A stretch of 60,000 nt of DNA from Camelus dromedarius. Its lineage: Eukaryota. The DNA is taken from positions 70,000,001-70,060,000 of the forward strand of contig NC_087436.1 in the NCBI RefSeq assembly GCF_036321535.1, in the 5' to 3' direction. The position numbers and the translations under genes were made by a program. The notes below the pieces were generated by a model. The model was not told where the DNA came from. It saw nothing but the letters and a program-made list of their open reading frames with translations, and did not search any database. Below are positions 12,419 through 25,834 of this stretch, in pieces; position 1 is the first letter of the stretch, and each line of letters begins with the position of its first letter.

Positions 12419-12463
12419 CTGATTGGTCTCTCAGTTGCCAGCCTCCTGGAGTCAAGTTTAAAT
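12419..12463 (+). promoter_or_regulatory. AMTN: AMTN core promoter (inverted CCAAT plus TATA-like box)
   Basis: ctGATTGG 12419-12426 and TTTAAAT 12457-12463, ~30 bp upstream of the exon 1 sequence. Confidence 0.6.
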
Positions 12464-12489
12464 TCCTCTTACAAACTCACAGTTCATCA

Positions 12490-12579
12490 AAGAGTAAAGT
12501 TTTTCACCACAGAAACTACAGAAATCAACTGGACTTTGAATATTGTTTAACCGGTATATTTTGCCTAGTGAAGAGAAAG
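12490..12579 (+). other. AMTN: AMTN exon 1 (non-coding 5' UTR; start approximate)
   Basis: Resembles the mammalian AMTN 5' UTR (tttttcacca...aactggactttgaatattgt...ttttgcctagtg...aaag); donor AG|GTAATT at 12580; 104-nt intron 1. Confidence 0.75.
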
Positions 12580-12697
12580 GTAATTAACTGACCATGTTTC
12601 AAACAATATTCTGTTTTTTCAAGTTCTACTTTGTCTTCAAAAGGAAAAAACAGAGCAAAAGAATAACAGTCTTTTTGTTTCAGGTAGCAATTTGAAC

Positions 12698-12751
12698 ATG
12701 AAGACTACGATTCTACTGTTTTGTCTCCTAGGATCAACTCTGTCATTACCA
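12698..12751 (+). CDS. AMTN: Amelotin exon 2 CDS, signal peptide MKTTILLFCLLGSTLSLP (exon starts 12684)
   Basis: Acceptor tttcag|GTAGCAATTTGAACATG; donor CCA|gtaagt, phase 0; matches the amelotin N-terminus. Confidence 0.97.
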
Positions 12752-14289
12752 GTAAGTGCAATATGTTTATATTATGGACCAACCAGCCTTAGCTGCATCT
12801 CTAATTGTAAACTTCTCTCTCTTCTTGCCTGCTGCCAAAACTGCCCTGTCTGTGACCCATTCCCTAAGTTTCCTGTTTTTTTCCAAGTTGAAAGATGATA
12901 AACTAACAAAGTATTAGTGCACATTTCAATGTACTTATACTTTTAAAATGCATCCCCTCTATCGTGGTAGAGTTTCATTTTGGCAGAGCAGTAGGGTAGA
13001 AATTAGGAGAAAGGGGATGCTTTAGATTATGTGTACTCAAAGTGGATAATTATTCCACTTTCCAAAAAGAATTTGAGATTTTCTTGCCAACTAATTATTT
13101 TCTCATGACTAAAGAGGTAAACTATATTTTCTGATTTGTCTAATTGGAAGCACAAAACATCTAGGTTGTATAAACTCTAAAAAAGCCTACTGAATCATGC
13201 AATAGCAAAAGAATGTTAAAGTGGTCAATATTTTTGACTTCGAACATTTCATCACAAAATATGATCACATACAACATATGTTATATCAAAGAAAGGACAC
13301 TAGAATTAGAACAAATACTCCAAATGTTCTCCAATATTTTATAGACATAGAAATACGTGATTTGGACCTTTAAGTGCATTCTGTTTGCTTGAGATGCTTG
13401 AGTGTGGACAATGAGAAAAAAGTTAGAAGATATTTACCAAAAAGTAGCAGACCAAAAAGAAACCATTCTTCAGCCTCAAGCTCACCTGACACTTCCATAC
13501 TCATTCATATAATCAGCAAATATTCATTGAAAACTCTATATACAAGATACTGTGCCAGTTGCTGATACAGTGGTGAGAAAAAACAAAGACATGATCCTTC
13601 ATGGTGTTTACAAGGACTGTAGATACTAATAAATATTTTTAATGTTAAATTATACATTATAACTGTGATTAGTTCTATGAAGGAAGTGAACAGGGTGATC
13701 TTGTAGGGAGGGAATGGAACAAGACACGACTATCCAACCTCCTTCTTACTTCATTCCAAATATACAATTATCCTTCTTTAAAGAAATTGCCTGCAAAAAC
13801 TTAGTTTCTAAACAAGGTATATTAGGAAGTTAATTTTTTTGTAAAACATGGGTTTTGCACTTCACCAAAAAATTTACCAAAAGGGTCTTCTAAATAAGGT
13901 GCCTCTGGTCAATTTAAATTACCACACAATTTGTAAAAACTCAGGAAAAATGAAGCTTTCCAGGAGCACAGCTATCATTCAAGGTGGACTGAGGAGTAAT
14001 GTGCAGGTTAACGCAGACTGTTAATAGCCAGGAACGTGAGAGCAGCTAGAGACAGTGGTACCGGGAATGTGAGAAGCAATTTTAAATGTCTATTAGATAT
14101 ACTAGTAATATTCATCAAATGAAAACTCAAGACACATGGACAAGGGTTTTTCTTAATTATTTGTAAATGAATGTATTGAATTATCACAAAGGCATTAAAA
14201 AATGTACTGACTTGCAAATGTGAACACTTAAAGTAGCCTAATGATTGTTTCCAGTAGATCAAAAGTTTGGAAATAGGGTGCACACTGGA

Positions 14290-14700
14290 GATGGTACAGT
14301 TTGCATATTTGGAGGGGTAGTCAGAATAGACCTCAAAAAGAAGATGAACTCAACCAATGACTTGAAGCAGGTGAAGGACTGAGCCAATGTCTAGGGAAAG
14401 ATGTATTCCAGACAAAGGTAACAGGTGGAGGTGAGGATCTGAGGCAGGAGTAGGCCTTACCTGTTCCAGAGACTGCAAGTTGCCTGAATGGCAGTAGTAG
14501 AGTGAATGAGAGGAAATGAGGTGGGATGGGAGGTCAGAGAGGCTCTGGGGGCCCAGGACCTGAGAGCCTTTTTAGGCCATCATAGGGTCTCTGGTTTTCA
14601 CTCTGAGTGAAAATGGAAGTCAAGGCAGGGATTGAGTAGAGAAATGAAATGACTGAACTGTTGTTTTCAAAGGATCCTTCTGACTGCCATGCTGACAATG
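14290..14700 (-). mobile_element. L2 fragment in AMTN intron 2
   Basis: tggttttcactctgagtgaaaatggaag...aaaggatccttctgactgc, typical reverse L2. Confidence 0.6.
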
Positions 14701-15694
14701 CATTGCAGGGGATGAAAAGACATTTGCAGAATTTATATTTACATAACCTTAAAGCTTAAAGGGACCTCTAAGGACAGATAGAGTCAATCCTACCTCTTAC
14801 AACTGAGGGAAAAGACCAAAGTGAAACGATGAGTTAGTGGCAGCTCCAAGATATATCCAAGTGATCCAAGGATCGATGCAGCACTGGGGGAGCGGGGGGT
14901 AGGGGTGCACACAACACTGCCCTTGTTGCTACAGCTAGAAGCAATGGCCACTGGGTCAACCCAGCCAGGGAGCGTCCACCTGAATGCAGATGGAGTGCTA
15001 AGAGAAGCAAAGAGAAGAATTCATTTCTTCAAAGACTAAGAGCACTTGTAGGGATCCTAGTACAAACTCTGCCACTCAACATACCACCTTGGACAGATCA
15101 CGTTGCTTGTCTGGGTCTCAGGTTCCTCACTTACAAAACAAAACCATACAACTAGAGCATATGAATTCAAGGAGATTTTTACCCCTAAAATTCAGTTATT
15201 CTTAATACACTATGAATCTACCCTGACTAGGAAGAGGACTGAATTTCCATTACAGGAACTAACTTGTCGGGCATGAGGCAAATGCAGGAAGCTTAATGAA
15301 AATACAGTAGAAATCATGGCAGCTTATCTTCAAGCATTGGGAAAAAGCAAATGTGTACAGAGCCAAGGTGTGAATTATGTATTTCATGTCCCGGAAAAGG
15401 AAGAAGGGAATTTCAGAAAAGAAGTGGGAGCCTAGGAACTACCACCAGAAATCCATGTGCCCTACCTCACCCTCTGTCCCTTCTCATAGCACCCTCTCGT
15501 GGTCTGGCACTTTTCCACTAAGCAATTCCATCTCCTGTCATGCCCAAAATGTTCTAGGGAGTTAAGACTGCTCCAAAACACACAGAGGCTAAAGACAGAC
15601 ATTTCTGCATTTGGGTCAACTTGTTAACTCCCAGAAATAAATGGATACAAAATCTCAAACACATTCCTGCCTCTTCAAATATCTGTTATCACAG

Positions 15695-15781
15695 ATGCAG
15701 CTCAACCCCACTCTGGGACTTCCTCCAGCAAAGCTGGTTCCAGATCAGGCAACACCACTAAACCAACAGCAGCCAAATCCG
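15695..15781 (+). CDS. AMTN: Amelotin exon 3 MQLNPTLGLPPAKLVPDQATPLNQQQPNP
   Basis: acag|ATG...CCG|gtaaga, 87 nt, phase 0/0. Confidence 0.95.
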
Positions 15782-16729
15782 GTAAGAGTTCTACAATAGG
15801 GAACATCTGCAGATGTTAAGGCTAGTGGATTTAAAATTAAGATTCACCCAAAATCTCATGACTGAGCAACAGAAAGAAAAGTTTTACTTGTGGGGGGAAA
15901 AACAAGAAATACACTGTTATGAAAACTTTGAGCAGGAAAAGAAATCCTCATTCTTTTTCCTTTTGTATAAATAGTAATTTGGTTTAGCAATGAAATCTAG
16001 TAAACTCTGAAAAGCAATAGCTACACCTATTGAGAAACTTTGCTCATCTGTTCCCTTGTGACATAATCATATATGGTATTTGCCAGAACTAGCAGGGATT
16101 AAGAGGCAGTCTATAAAAATGATTGCCCATTTCCTCATGGTTTTCTTAAATTCCATTGTTGCTGATGAGCTTATGAGTTACTGTAAAATCTGTCTCTGAA
16201 GCGTATCTAAATACTTTTGAAAAGTGCATTATCTCTTGGCTACCCCTCATCTTCCCACTCCAACCCTTCCTTTGCTCAAAAGGACCCCTCCTTACCTACA
16301 ACTAGACTTCGTGAACTAGTGCAGTAACACCAAAGTTTAAAGTTCTCTTTTTGGTCTCTGGACATTATGCAACACTCAAGTCAGGAGCTGACCCCCCTCC
16401 TTAAGAAACTCAGGCTTATACAATCTGGGGACCTTCTCTGAAAAAGAATACAAAATTAGATATGTAAAATTTATTGCTAAAGTGAATAATTAATAACGAG
16501 GCAAAAAATAAGAGTAAATTACACATTTTTAAGCTGATAAATACCTTCAACTAGGGCATTGTGAGGTTTTCTCTGAGGGCCACGGAAGGGAGCAATGCTA
16601 GTGAAAGTCCCTGAAGCTTCATCTTCACTTACCCTCATATTAAGGGTACAGGTTACTTGAGGATCTCCACCACTAACAGCACAGTAAAATCAACCTTCTG
16701 TCTCATACAACAATTTCAATGCCCTGCAG

Positions 16730-16795
16730 GTCTTCCCTTCTTTAAGTCTAATACCATTGACACAGATGCTCACACTGGGGTCAGATCTGCAACTG
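16730..16795 (+). CDS. AMTN: Amelotin exon 4 VFPSLSLIPLTQMLTLGSDLQL
   Basis: tgcag|GTC...CTG|gtaagt, 66 nt; conserved IPLT motif. Confidence 0.97.
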
Positions 16796-17721
16796 GTAAG
16801 TACTCTTTTACATCATTTTAATATCCATAGTTAAATAAATATAATATCCAATGTTGAATGTATGTGTCTGTGTATCCACAGATGTACACATATACACATA
16901 TTCATTGCAGATAAGCTGAAAGATGACAGAGAAAAGTCAAAAGAGACTTGGATGCTATTTGATACATCATAAAAAAGTTTTCTTAGCACGAGAAGCTCTA
17001 AAGGAATTAATCTAATTCTCAGGTCTTTACTTCTTTAGTTCTTCTCACCTCTTCTCCGAGCTCCCTTCCCCATTCCTGTGACATCTTCCTCTCTGCCCCT
17101 ACAACATCCACACACCCACACAAGGACTATGACCTCTATCATCACCCCAGCGACAGGAGCAAACAAGAAAGGGTAGAAATATGCACATACTTTTCATAGA
17201 ATATCCTATAGTTTAATCTGTTTGGGTGATAAAATAATTAGTAAGTTTCTTTTCTGCTTAAAGTGGGTTTTTTTCCAGGGGTCAGATTTAAATACAGTAT
17301 TAGATGATATCCAGACTAGATATCTTACTCTGATCATCACAATTTTCATAGAGATACCTATGAAGGAACCCATTTCTTCATAAGAAAGCTATCAGAAAAA
17401 TTCCAGGAACAGAAATTTCATTTCTGTTATAGCCAAAAAGGAGAAAGCAAGGATAAAATCACCTAAGTAATACATAGGAGAATGGGTTAAATGCCAAAAA
17501 AAAAAAACTTAATATGAGAAAACTTAGTCCTGGGCTTCATAATTGTACTAATACACTCAACAAGTCTTTGACTTTCATTTCTAAATCTAATTCCAAATAC
17601 AATAGTATAGATTTGCATAGCAAATCCTCCCTTTAAATATATTTTACATTTAAATACAGCTTAGTTTCCTGAATGTGCAAACTGAAACAACACAATGAAA
17701 ATCTTCTTCACTGCCCTACAG

Positions 17722-17805
17722 CTAAATCCTGGGGTGGCACCTGGTTCCCAGACCCTCCCACTGACCCTGGGGGGACTGAACATGAAACAGCAACTACAAC
17801 CACAG
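17722..17805 (+). CDS. AMTN: Amelotin exon 5 LNPGVAPGSQTLPLTLGGLNMKQQLQPQ
   Basis: tacag|CTA...CAG|gtaagt, 84 nt. Confidence 0.95.
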
Positions 17806-18479
17806 GTAAGTTCAGCGGCCAGGCTTCAGCTTAACACTGGGGAGCATTTTCAATCGGGCGGAAACCAAAAGAGAAGAAAAGAATTTTTTCAAGGTTCTTG
17901 AAAGTTTTACCGAGGTAATTTGCAGAGAGAAGCCCCACTAAACACACAGCAGTTTGGGGTAGTGTGGTTCTTGCTGAAACCTTATGAAAACACACCCAGA
18001 AGGCTGAGCATGCTGCCCCATGACGCCTCTAGAACACATCTGTAATAGGTAACAGGAAATGTGCAGAGCTGGGGGAGACTGAGAAGTAAAGGTTGCAGGG
18101 GGATTGAGAGGGATCAGGATTCTTCTCTGGCTTGCTCTGTTTGCTTCTGAAGACTTTTCTGAGGGACCAAAATCATTCCAAAGGGAAAATAAGAGACAGA
18201 TAAAGTTCGTTTTCAGCAAACCTAATCTCCTTCTTTTGGGTCCCTTTTTTCATGCCTCCTCTCAAGTCCTCAAGAATTCTCTAGTTTCTTCTCTCCTCCC
18301 ACCACGATTTGCTTTCAGGAGAAACCCTGAAACCCCTCTCACACAGATATAAATGACATGCTAAGCACATCACCGCTTTCAGAAGTATTTCAAGCGAAAA
18401 TACAACGGTCCCTTTATGGCCAAATGGGTTATAGCTAACTTGTTCTTCCTAACACATTACCTCAGCCCTTATCATTCCC

Positions 18480-19300
18480 ACATAATGGTCTAATTTTTCG
18501 TAGAGGCTTTCTTGATTATTACATACATAGTATATGTTAATCAGAGAGAAAATACAGATAAGAAAAAAGACAATTCACCCATAAACCTATCAGCCAGAAT
18601 AAAACAGTCAGCATTCTAAGGCATGTACTTCCAGTCTTTGTTCTATGAATGTGAGTACAGTTTGTTAAAAAAAATGTTTTTACTATATCTAATGTTCTAT
18701 AATCTCATTTTTCACATAACACATTTTGAATATCCTTTCCTATATTTTGAATATTCACTTATAATATTGTGAATACTTACAACATTGTTTTTAATGACTG
18801 CTTATATTCTATCATAATGTAAAAAATTGGGGGTTTTTTTCAAAATTTTTGTTTCTATAAACAATACTACAGTGAACATCCTTTGACTAAGTCTTTGACC
18901 ATATTGGTGATTATTTCCTTAAGACCAATTCTTAGGAATAGAATTTATGGATCCAAAGACATACAAAAATGTATGACTTTCAATACACATTTCCCAAATT
19001 ATCAAGCATGAATATACCCTAACCATCTTCCTATCACTATGGACACCTCCAGGTTTTAATAATAGCAAGTTTGATTAGTAACTATAATCAAAACTGAGTT
19101 TAATTGCCAAAATATTTTAAGCTTCTCAGTTTAAATTTTACATCACATGCAACTACTTTTTCTGTACCTTTGTCCAAAATAACAACACAAGAAATACTAT
19201 ACTGCTTCATTTTCTCGTATTTGTAAAACTCTATAACTTATTTTTACATATTTTTAATATTGAGGTGTATACTTGTCTATCAGTCAGTACTTTTTTTTTT
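18480..19300 (-). mobile_element. Old L1M fragment in AMTN intron 5
   Basis: ataaacaatactacagtgaacatcc...attatttccttaagaccaattcttaggaatagaattt, reverse L1ME-type 3' region. Confidence 0.55.
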
Positions 19301-19814
19301 ACAGACATATTAAAGCTTTCACTCAAAGTATTTCTGTTTATTTACATCTTAATAATAAAAGTGATTCTCTGAAAAGAATAGAGAGAGAAGCAAATAAAAT
19401 GAGAATCTCTTTAATATGTGACCCTGGTATAATCCATCTGCCAACTACCCACCTTCAGTTTCAGTTGTTGCCCTGCTCTAACCTCAAAGTCAGACTTAGT
19501 ACATCTTCATTTTCACCAAAGAATATATCGCTGGAGTCAAAGGCATTAGTGGGCACTATAGATGTTACTGAAGATTCAGTAGAGATGGGTTGACATGGCA
19601 TGCTCCCCAACATGCAGTAATATAAATCAATCCCCTTTCTTGGTGGGATTCTTCAATGTCTCTAGGCTTTGCCACAACCAAGGGTCCCCATGCCTGCCTT
19701 ATGCTGTGCGGCCTCAGACCCTCCGACTCTGCCTCTCCCTATGCAGAGTAGTTTACGTCCTCTGCCAGAAACTTGGGCACCTGTCCACATCTCTCATTTA
19801 CCTAAGCAAGGCCA

Positions 19815-20046
19815 ATATGATTAAGAGTGAACTCTAGAACCACAAAACTTCTAGTCAAATCCCAGCTCTCCAGGGTGGCCAAGTTACTTAAACTTCTGTG
19901 GCTCACTCTCCTCATAATGTAAAGTAGGAATTAATTAAAATCTACCGCTATAGCTATTAGAAGGATTAAATGAGCAAATTTATATAAAATCTTAGAACAG
20001 TGCCTGTCACGTGGAAATCACTCAGTAAGTGTTAGCTATTATTATT
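19815..20046 (+). mobile_element. MIR SINE
   Basis: caaatcccagctct...caagttacttaaacttctgtg...cttagaacagtgcctgtcac...agtaagtgttagctattattatt. Confidence 0.75.
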
Positions 20047-20441
20047 TCAAGCAATTTCTCTACCAAAAACTAATAATTTTTCTTCTTAGCGCTGCATTGG
20101 TGTTACATTATTAAATTATTTTCATTACAGTTTTTATTTAGACATCTGTGGTTTTCTCTTTGTATCTTTTTGTTCCTTCCAATTTGCTTTAAAAGAAGAA
20201 ATTTCAATTTTGTTTTCTCCCAAATCCTGTGTCCCTTCTCTTCAATCTACTTTTCCATTGCCATCTTGAAGATACGTTGCTTTTTGTCATTAGCGAAGCA
20301 TCTGGCTGAGAAGAAAGCTTTTTCTTCAATGTGTGTACTTTTTACCTTTTGGCATTATGAGTATTATTGTACAAATTGCCTTGAGAAATAATAAAGTTGA
20401 GTCTTCTTGTAAGACTTTAGTATTAAAAGTCCCATTTTGGT

Positions 20442-20720
20442 TTAGTTTTGGGGTTTTTTTTTTTACTTTTTCTTTAATTGAAGTATAGTCAGTTTACAAT
20501 GTTGTGTCAATATCTAGTGTACAGTCATACATGAATATACATATATACATATATATTCTTTTTTACTGTAAGCTACTACAAGGTATCAAATATAGTTCCC
20601 TGTGCTATACAGTATAAACTTGTTTGTCTATTTTATTTATACCAGTCAGTATCTGCAAATCTCGAACTCCCAATTTATCCCTTCCCACATCCTTCCCCCT
20701 AGTAACCATAAATTTATTTT
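20442..20720 (-). mobile_element. 5'-truncated lineage-specific L1 3' end
   Basis: Poly(T) head, aattgaagtatagtcagtttacaatgttgtg; 10-bp TSD ccattttggt at 20432-20441 and 20721-20730. Confidence 0.8.
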
Positions 20721-21433
20721 CCATTTTGGTAACTTCTGTGACATTATGTGAATTTCTATAGAAATAAAAATAAACCTTGGAACCCTAGTTTTTATTTGAC
20801 AAACCGTAACTTTAGTTCTTAGATTGCTAGAGCACACCAGCATCTCACCCAAGTCTTTTCAACTATAAATTCATAGCATTTACAAAGTTGTCAGTGACCA
20901 GTATTTCTCACTTAGCTCTAAGAGCTCTACTAGGATTGGGGTCCACACTTTCTGAGCAGTGCTCGATTTTAATAGCAAAATATCCAGGTAATCATTATGA
21001 GACTAAATACATATGCTTCAAGAAATCTTTGTATTTTAAAATATCCATTCCATGTTTTCATGTGTCTTCTGAGATGCCATAGAAAAGAAATATGCATTTT
21101 ATCATCATGACTACTTGGAATAATTTTAAGTTTGGAGATAGCCTGAGATCAAAATTATTTTTTGTTCATCCAATTTACTAACTTCTACCTTTTAAATGTG
21201 CTGCCTTGGACTGGTTTCTAAATCTCTCTGAGTCTAATTTTCTTTTTCAAACGAATGAGTGCCAATTCCAATCTGGCTCTATGAGTCTACATCTATCATT
21301 ATAGATGACACATTCATACAAATAGTTGTTCAACACATATTGTATACTTTTAAGAAAGTCTCAATATTTATATCATCTGTCAGAACTTACCTTTTAATAT
21401 CTCTTTTACTAAATTTTTCACTTTTTTTTTCAG

Positions 21434-21469
21434 ATATTACCAGTTATAGTAGCACACCTTGGAGTCCAG
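21434..21469 (+). CDS. AMTN: Amelotin exon 6 ILPVIVAHLGVQ
   Basis: (t)n cag|ATA...CAG|gtaaga, 36 nt. Confidence 0.93.
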
Positions 21470-21589
21470 GTAAGATTATTTTGTAATAAGATTTTTATTT
21501 TAAATCATCTTAGCATGAAATATTTAATCCTGTCTCAATTCACCAGATAGTCACCAAGTTTCCTATCTACTTTGCACCTTATAGACACT

Positions 21590-21790
21590 GATAATAACAA
21601 GAACTAACACTTACTGAGCACTTACTATGTGCCAGGTACTGAGCTAAGCACCTTTTTATTTATTATGTACTACCTCACCTAATCTTCAAAGCAAACTTTT
21701 ATAGACAATATATTTATTTCCAATTTGAAGATGAGTACCGGCAATCTTATAGTTACTCAGTTACAATCACACAGTTAGTAGTAAATGTCA
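21590..21790 (-). mobile_element. MIR SINE
   Basis: ctaacacttactgagcacttactatgtgccaggtactgagctaagcac. Confidence 0.65.
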
Positions 21791-22716
21791 CAGATGAAGC
21801 AAACAATCATTTAAACCACAGTGTTAAAACAAATTAATGGACTTACCTAATAATTAATAATTTGGGGAATTTTTAATCTCAAGTTTACTTATTAACTATA
21901 TACCTTTTCCCTGAAAATAATAAAACATTTTCATCTCTCCCTATTTTCCTTTATGAAAGGTAACTCTTGAGATCAATGATAAAATCACCAAGAGCCAAGA
22001 TCAAATATGAGCATCAGATGGCAGCTTTTACTTCTAAAAGCGGAATCAAATATAAAATTCACATTAAATTTTATTTAACTTTATTAAAGTTTATGTGCAA
22101 ATATATTGATCAAAATAATTTTTATAGTAGAGAAGATTAGGCGCAAATTAAATTTAAACAAAAGGAAAATTATTAAGTAAACTGTACAACATAAAAGCAA
22201 ATAAATATACTTCTGACCATTCAGAAGTATATTCATTAAAATTTGTTGGTAATATGGCTAAACGATTATCATGTTGTATTAAAAGAAAAAGTAAGACAAA
22301 TTGTATAAACGACATGACTTCTAGTATGTTAAAAAGAAATGTTTGAAAAGCATCTGGAGAAAATATATCAAATTCTGCATAATGGGATTATATTTTTTTC
22401 TTTATTGCTTTCTGCAAAGTCCAAGTTTCCTCTAATATGCATCTATTACTTAATAATAGAAATAAATATAATTTTTTAAATGCAGAAGACTTCCCATCAC
22501 TCAGATAATAAATGTTAGCAGTGCAATATCATGTGCTGACTTGAGTTTTGTGATACAAGTCACAAAGGCAGTTTAAACTATTATTGAAAATTAAAAATGT
22601 ATACATCTTTTTTATAATCTTTAAAATTATTTTAAGTTTTAAAGTTATGTTTTATATATGTTGCCTCAAATATATTAAAAGTTGCCTAATAATCTGTGTT
22701 ATTATTTTCCTTTTAG

Positions 22717-22743
22717 GGTACTATCCTAAGCTCAGAAGAATTG
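22717..22743 (+). CDS. AMTN: Amelotin exon 7 GTILSSEEL
   Basis: ttttag|GGT...TTG|gtaaaa, 27 nt; conserved SSEEL S-x-E phosphorylation motif. Confidence 0.96.
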
Positions 22744-24891
22744 GTAAAAAAAAAAATTTTTTAATTACTAGCATTTCAAATTCTTTTCACTGCTACCACA
22801 ATGCTGTTTTCTTTTTTTTTTTTTTTAATATAATGCTTTCATATAGTCTCTTTTGACCACAAAACCTAAACCTGGTGCATACTACAATGAACTGAACATT
22901 TTTATAGGTTTTTGCATTAGATAAATCCTCTGTCCAGCTGGGGATTTCATCATCCTTCTCCATCTACTTTCCCATTAACTTGACTTAGCTTTTGTTCTCT
23001 ATATTTGATGTTAGATTCAGTTCTATCCCGAAAGCCAATGCATATTTTTACACTTTAGATTGATTAAAATATAGGACTGTTAGTTATTGAAATGCATGCA
23101 GATGTAGAACAATACATATATTGGTATTTATTGCAGGAAAGATTTATTTTCTTGACAAATTTTTAATTCTTGTAGGAAATTATCCTCTTATGGTGATGAA
23201 TGAACTCTTCACTATACATATGAATAATTAGAGGGCTGAACCTAGGTAAAATTCATATTACCATTACTAAACACTTCTATACATTTCCCCGTAAGTCATT
23301 TTTAGAAAAAAATGACTTGAATTAATGTGGTATCTAAACATGATACTGAACTAAAGAGTTGAGGCAATATCTGGGAAGACAGTTCTTTAAATATTTCTAT
23401 TATGGAAAAGGTAGAGACTTGCTAGACTGTCCATAAATAAAATAAAGTAACAATTTTGCCAACATTTATACATGAGCACCCATATCTACCAGTTAATGAC
23501 CCAATTCTGTAAAACAGGGATTTTAGTAGACCTTTTTACACATATTGCCTCTAATCCTCAACAAATTACAAAACAGAGATTTTTAGTCCAACTTTACAGA
23601 AATAGAAACTGTGGCTCTGAAAGCTTACTCAACTTAGGTCCCAAGGTCAAAAAAGAATAGATCCAGATTGAAAATCATTCTTCTATCCACTGTACCAGTG
23701 GTTTTCTTTTTTTTTTTTTTAGTGAAATCCATAGTAACAGCTATATTTTTCATGCAGCCAACACATATGCATTTTATGAAACAATATTTACCCTTAACAT
23801 ATAGAATGCACTTGGTAATTTATAATCTATTATTGTTGTCTTATTTTTAAATGATGGTACCACCCACTTTCTTTATTTCAAATGCATGGATGTCACAACC
23901 CCTAACCTGAAAACTTCTGTACTCTACTCCTGTCTCTTATCCGGCATAAGTCTAATTCTGGTTTCAGTACAACATAAATCTAAGACAGTGTTTTCCAAAC
24001 TTCAGTCCTGGACCATCAAACCAGGACAACTTGGAGTGCTGGTTGAAAGTGCATATTTCTACCTCTTAAGTGGCTCTTATGCAAATTAACAATTGAGAAC
24101 CGCACTCAAGGAAATGGACCTGTATCTTAATTATGAGACTTCAACCCTTTTTGTTCTTTGAGAATGCCATCGAACTCTCTCTAAAACCAGCTGACTTCAA
24201 ATTATTTCTTCTTTGGAAGAAATTTCACAGTAATTTTTTCCCAGGGGGAAAAAAGAACAATTGTAGGCAGCAACAGCATTCATTACCAGTGTGCAAATCA
24301 TTGACAGTCCAATAGAGAGGAGATCCACTGAATAACCTCAAGGAATACACCAGTGGCCGAATTACCAAAAGAAAGATTTCTGACTAAATATTCCAATGCC
24401 TTTGAAAAATACCTTAAAAGAAATCTGAAGGGATACAATCCATGAGAGAAGGATTGGTTGAATTAATTTTTCCATTAATTTTATCTCTTAAATTACTTTA
24501 AAATATATATGGGTGAAAGACTATGATTTGGGTCAATAACACAGATGCAACCCACTGTAATTGTATGGATTCTCTGCCTTAGCTCTACCTCCAGCTGTAC
24601 CTGATATGAACAAATTATGCATTATTCCTTTTCCTGGGCCTGACTTGATTCTGGCTCTCCCTTCCTGAGGGAAATGGAGCACATCAAGGAATCCTAGTAA
24701 TGAAACCAGCATCAGGCTTGGCTCAGGTCGGGGCGGCATTTCCTCCGAGGAAGGCTCAATCTTTACTGGCTCTACCCTCTCCATCTGCAAATCCTACCCA
24801 AACTTGCTACCCACCAAGAAGAAAAAGGTGGTTGACCAACCTTAAAATGTGTTCTTTTGACTTTGTTTTCTTTTTCCTTCCCTCATTCCAG

Positions 24892-25156
24892 CCAGCAGCC
24901 CCACAAATCTTCACAGGCCTTATCTTCCATCCCTTGTTCCCTGGAGCCATCCAGCCCACCAGTCAGGCTAATCCAGATGTCCAGAACGGAATCCTTCCTG
25001 CAGCACAAGCAGGAGTAAATTCTGCCAACCAGGGAACGCCACGGGGCCCCCTCCCAACTCCCAGTGGCACAGATGATGACTTTGTAGTGACCACCCCTGC
25101 AGGCATCCAAAGGGGCACACACACTATGGAGGAAACCACCACACCATCGCCAAATG
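24892..25156 (+). CDS. AMTN: Amelotin exon 8 PAAPQIFTGLIFHPLFPGAIQ...GTDDDFVVTTPAGIQRGTHTMEETTTPSPN
   Basis: ttccag|CCA...AAT G|gtaaat, 265 nt, ends in phase 1; lies inside ORF 24700..25233. Confidence 0.96.
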
Positions 25157-25834
25157 GTAAATTCTCCAAGCCGCTCATGTGCCCCTGGGCCATGAAAGTC
25201 ATCTGCAAAGTGGAAGGAGAGTTCTTGCCTTGACAAATGCAGATCCCAGTAATACCAGGGAGCCCTTTTACTCATCACATTTGATTGCAGCAATGTGAGG
25301 GAGTGTTTTCACTAGGCTACCAACCCTATCAAATCTACCAGAAAGAAGACATTTAATTGCTGGCATAACTTATCTTCTATGTTAAATCAGAGCTAGAAAT
25401 ATTTGGAAACAAATGGTGCTCTCCCTTTCCCATCCTCCCCGCCCCCACAACCCTCAAACACACACAGGACACAGTTAATCAATCAAGATATTCTTTTCTC
25501 CTCCCTAATCATGGATGAGTCTCAGAATCTTCCTAACATAAGGTTGCAAGCAGCCACTAGTAATAGATGCAGTTAGCACAGTAGATGAACCCATGTGCCA
25601 TTCCCCTCAGATGGAACTTTTAAAATGTGGCAAAAATAAGCTCTTCTAGCACCAACAGAGATAATCGTTTAATCTGTGAGGATGTCCAGACCCAAGTGTT
25701 CCAAATGTCCAAATGGACAAAAGGATGATTCGCTATTGATACTCTTGACCCTAGAAAAGAAATTTTGATCTCAAATTAAAATGTTTAAATTCAATGCTTT
25801 TACCAAAATTTAAAAGTGTTTTATTTTCTTCCAG

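Noticed and set aside
14886..14906. G-rich run suggesting a G-quadruplex
   Set aside because: Only three G-tracts; no fourth nearby
22011..22025. CTCF-like gcatcagatggcagc in AMTN intron 6
   Set aside because: Mismatches in the 5' CCAC core; too weak without data
24892..24898. Extra CAG acceptors after the AMTN exon 8 acceptor
   Set aside because: Offsets of +4 and +7 nt shift the frame; only the first CAG gives amelotin
24883..25293. 136-aa and 81-aa minus-strand ORFs
   Set aside because: Antisense shadows of the GC-richer AMTN exon 8
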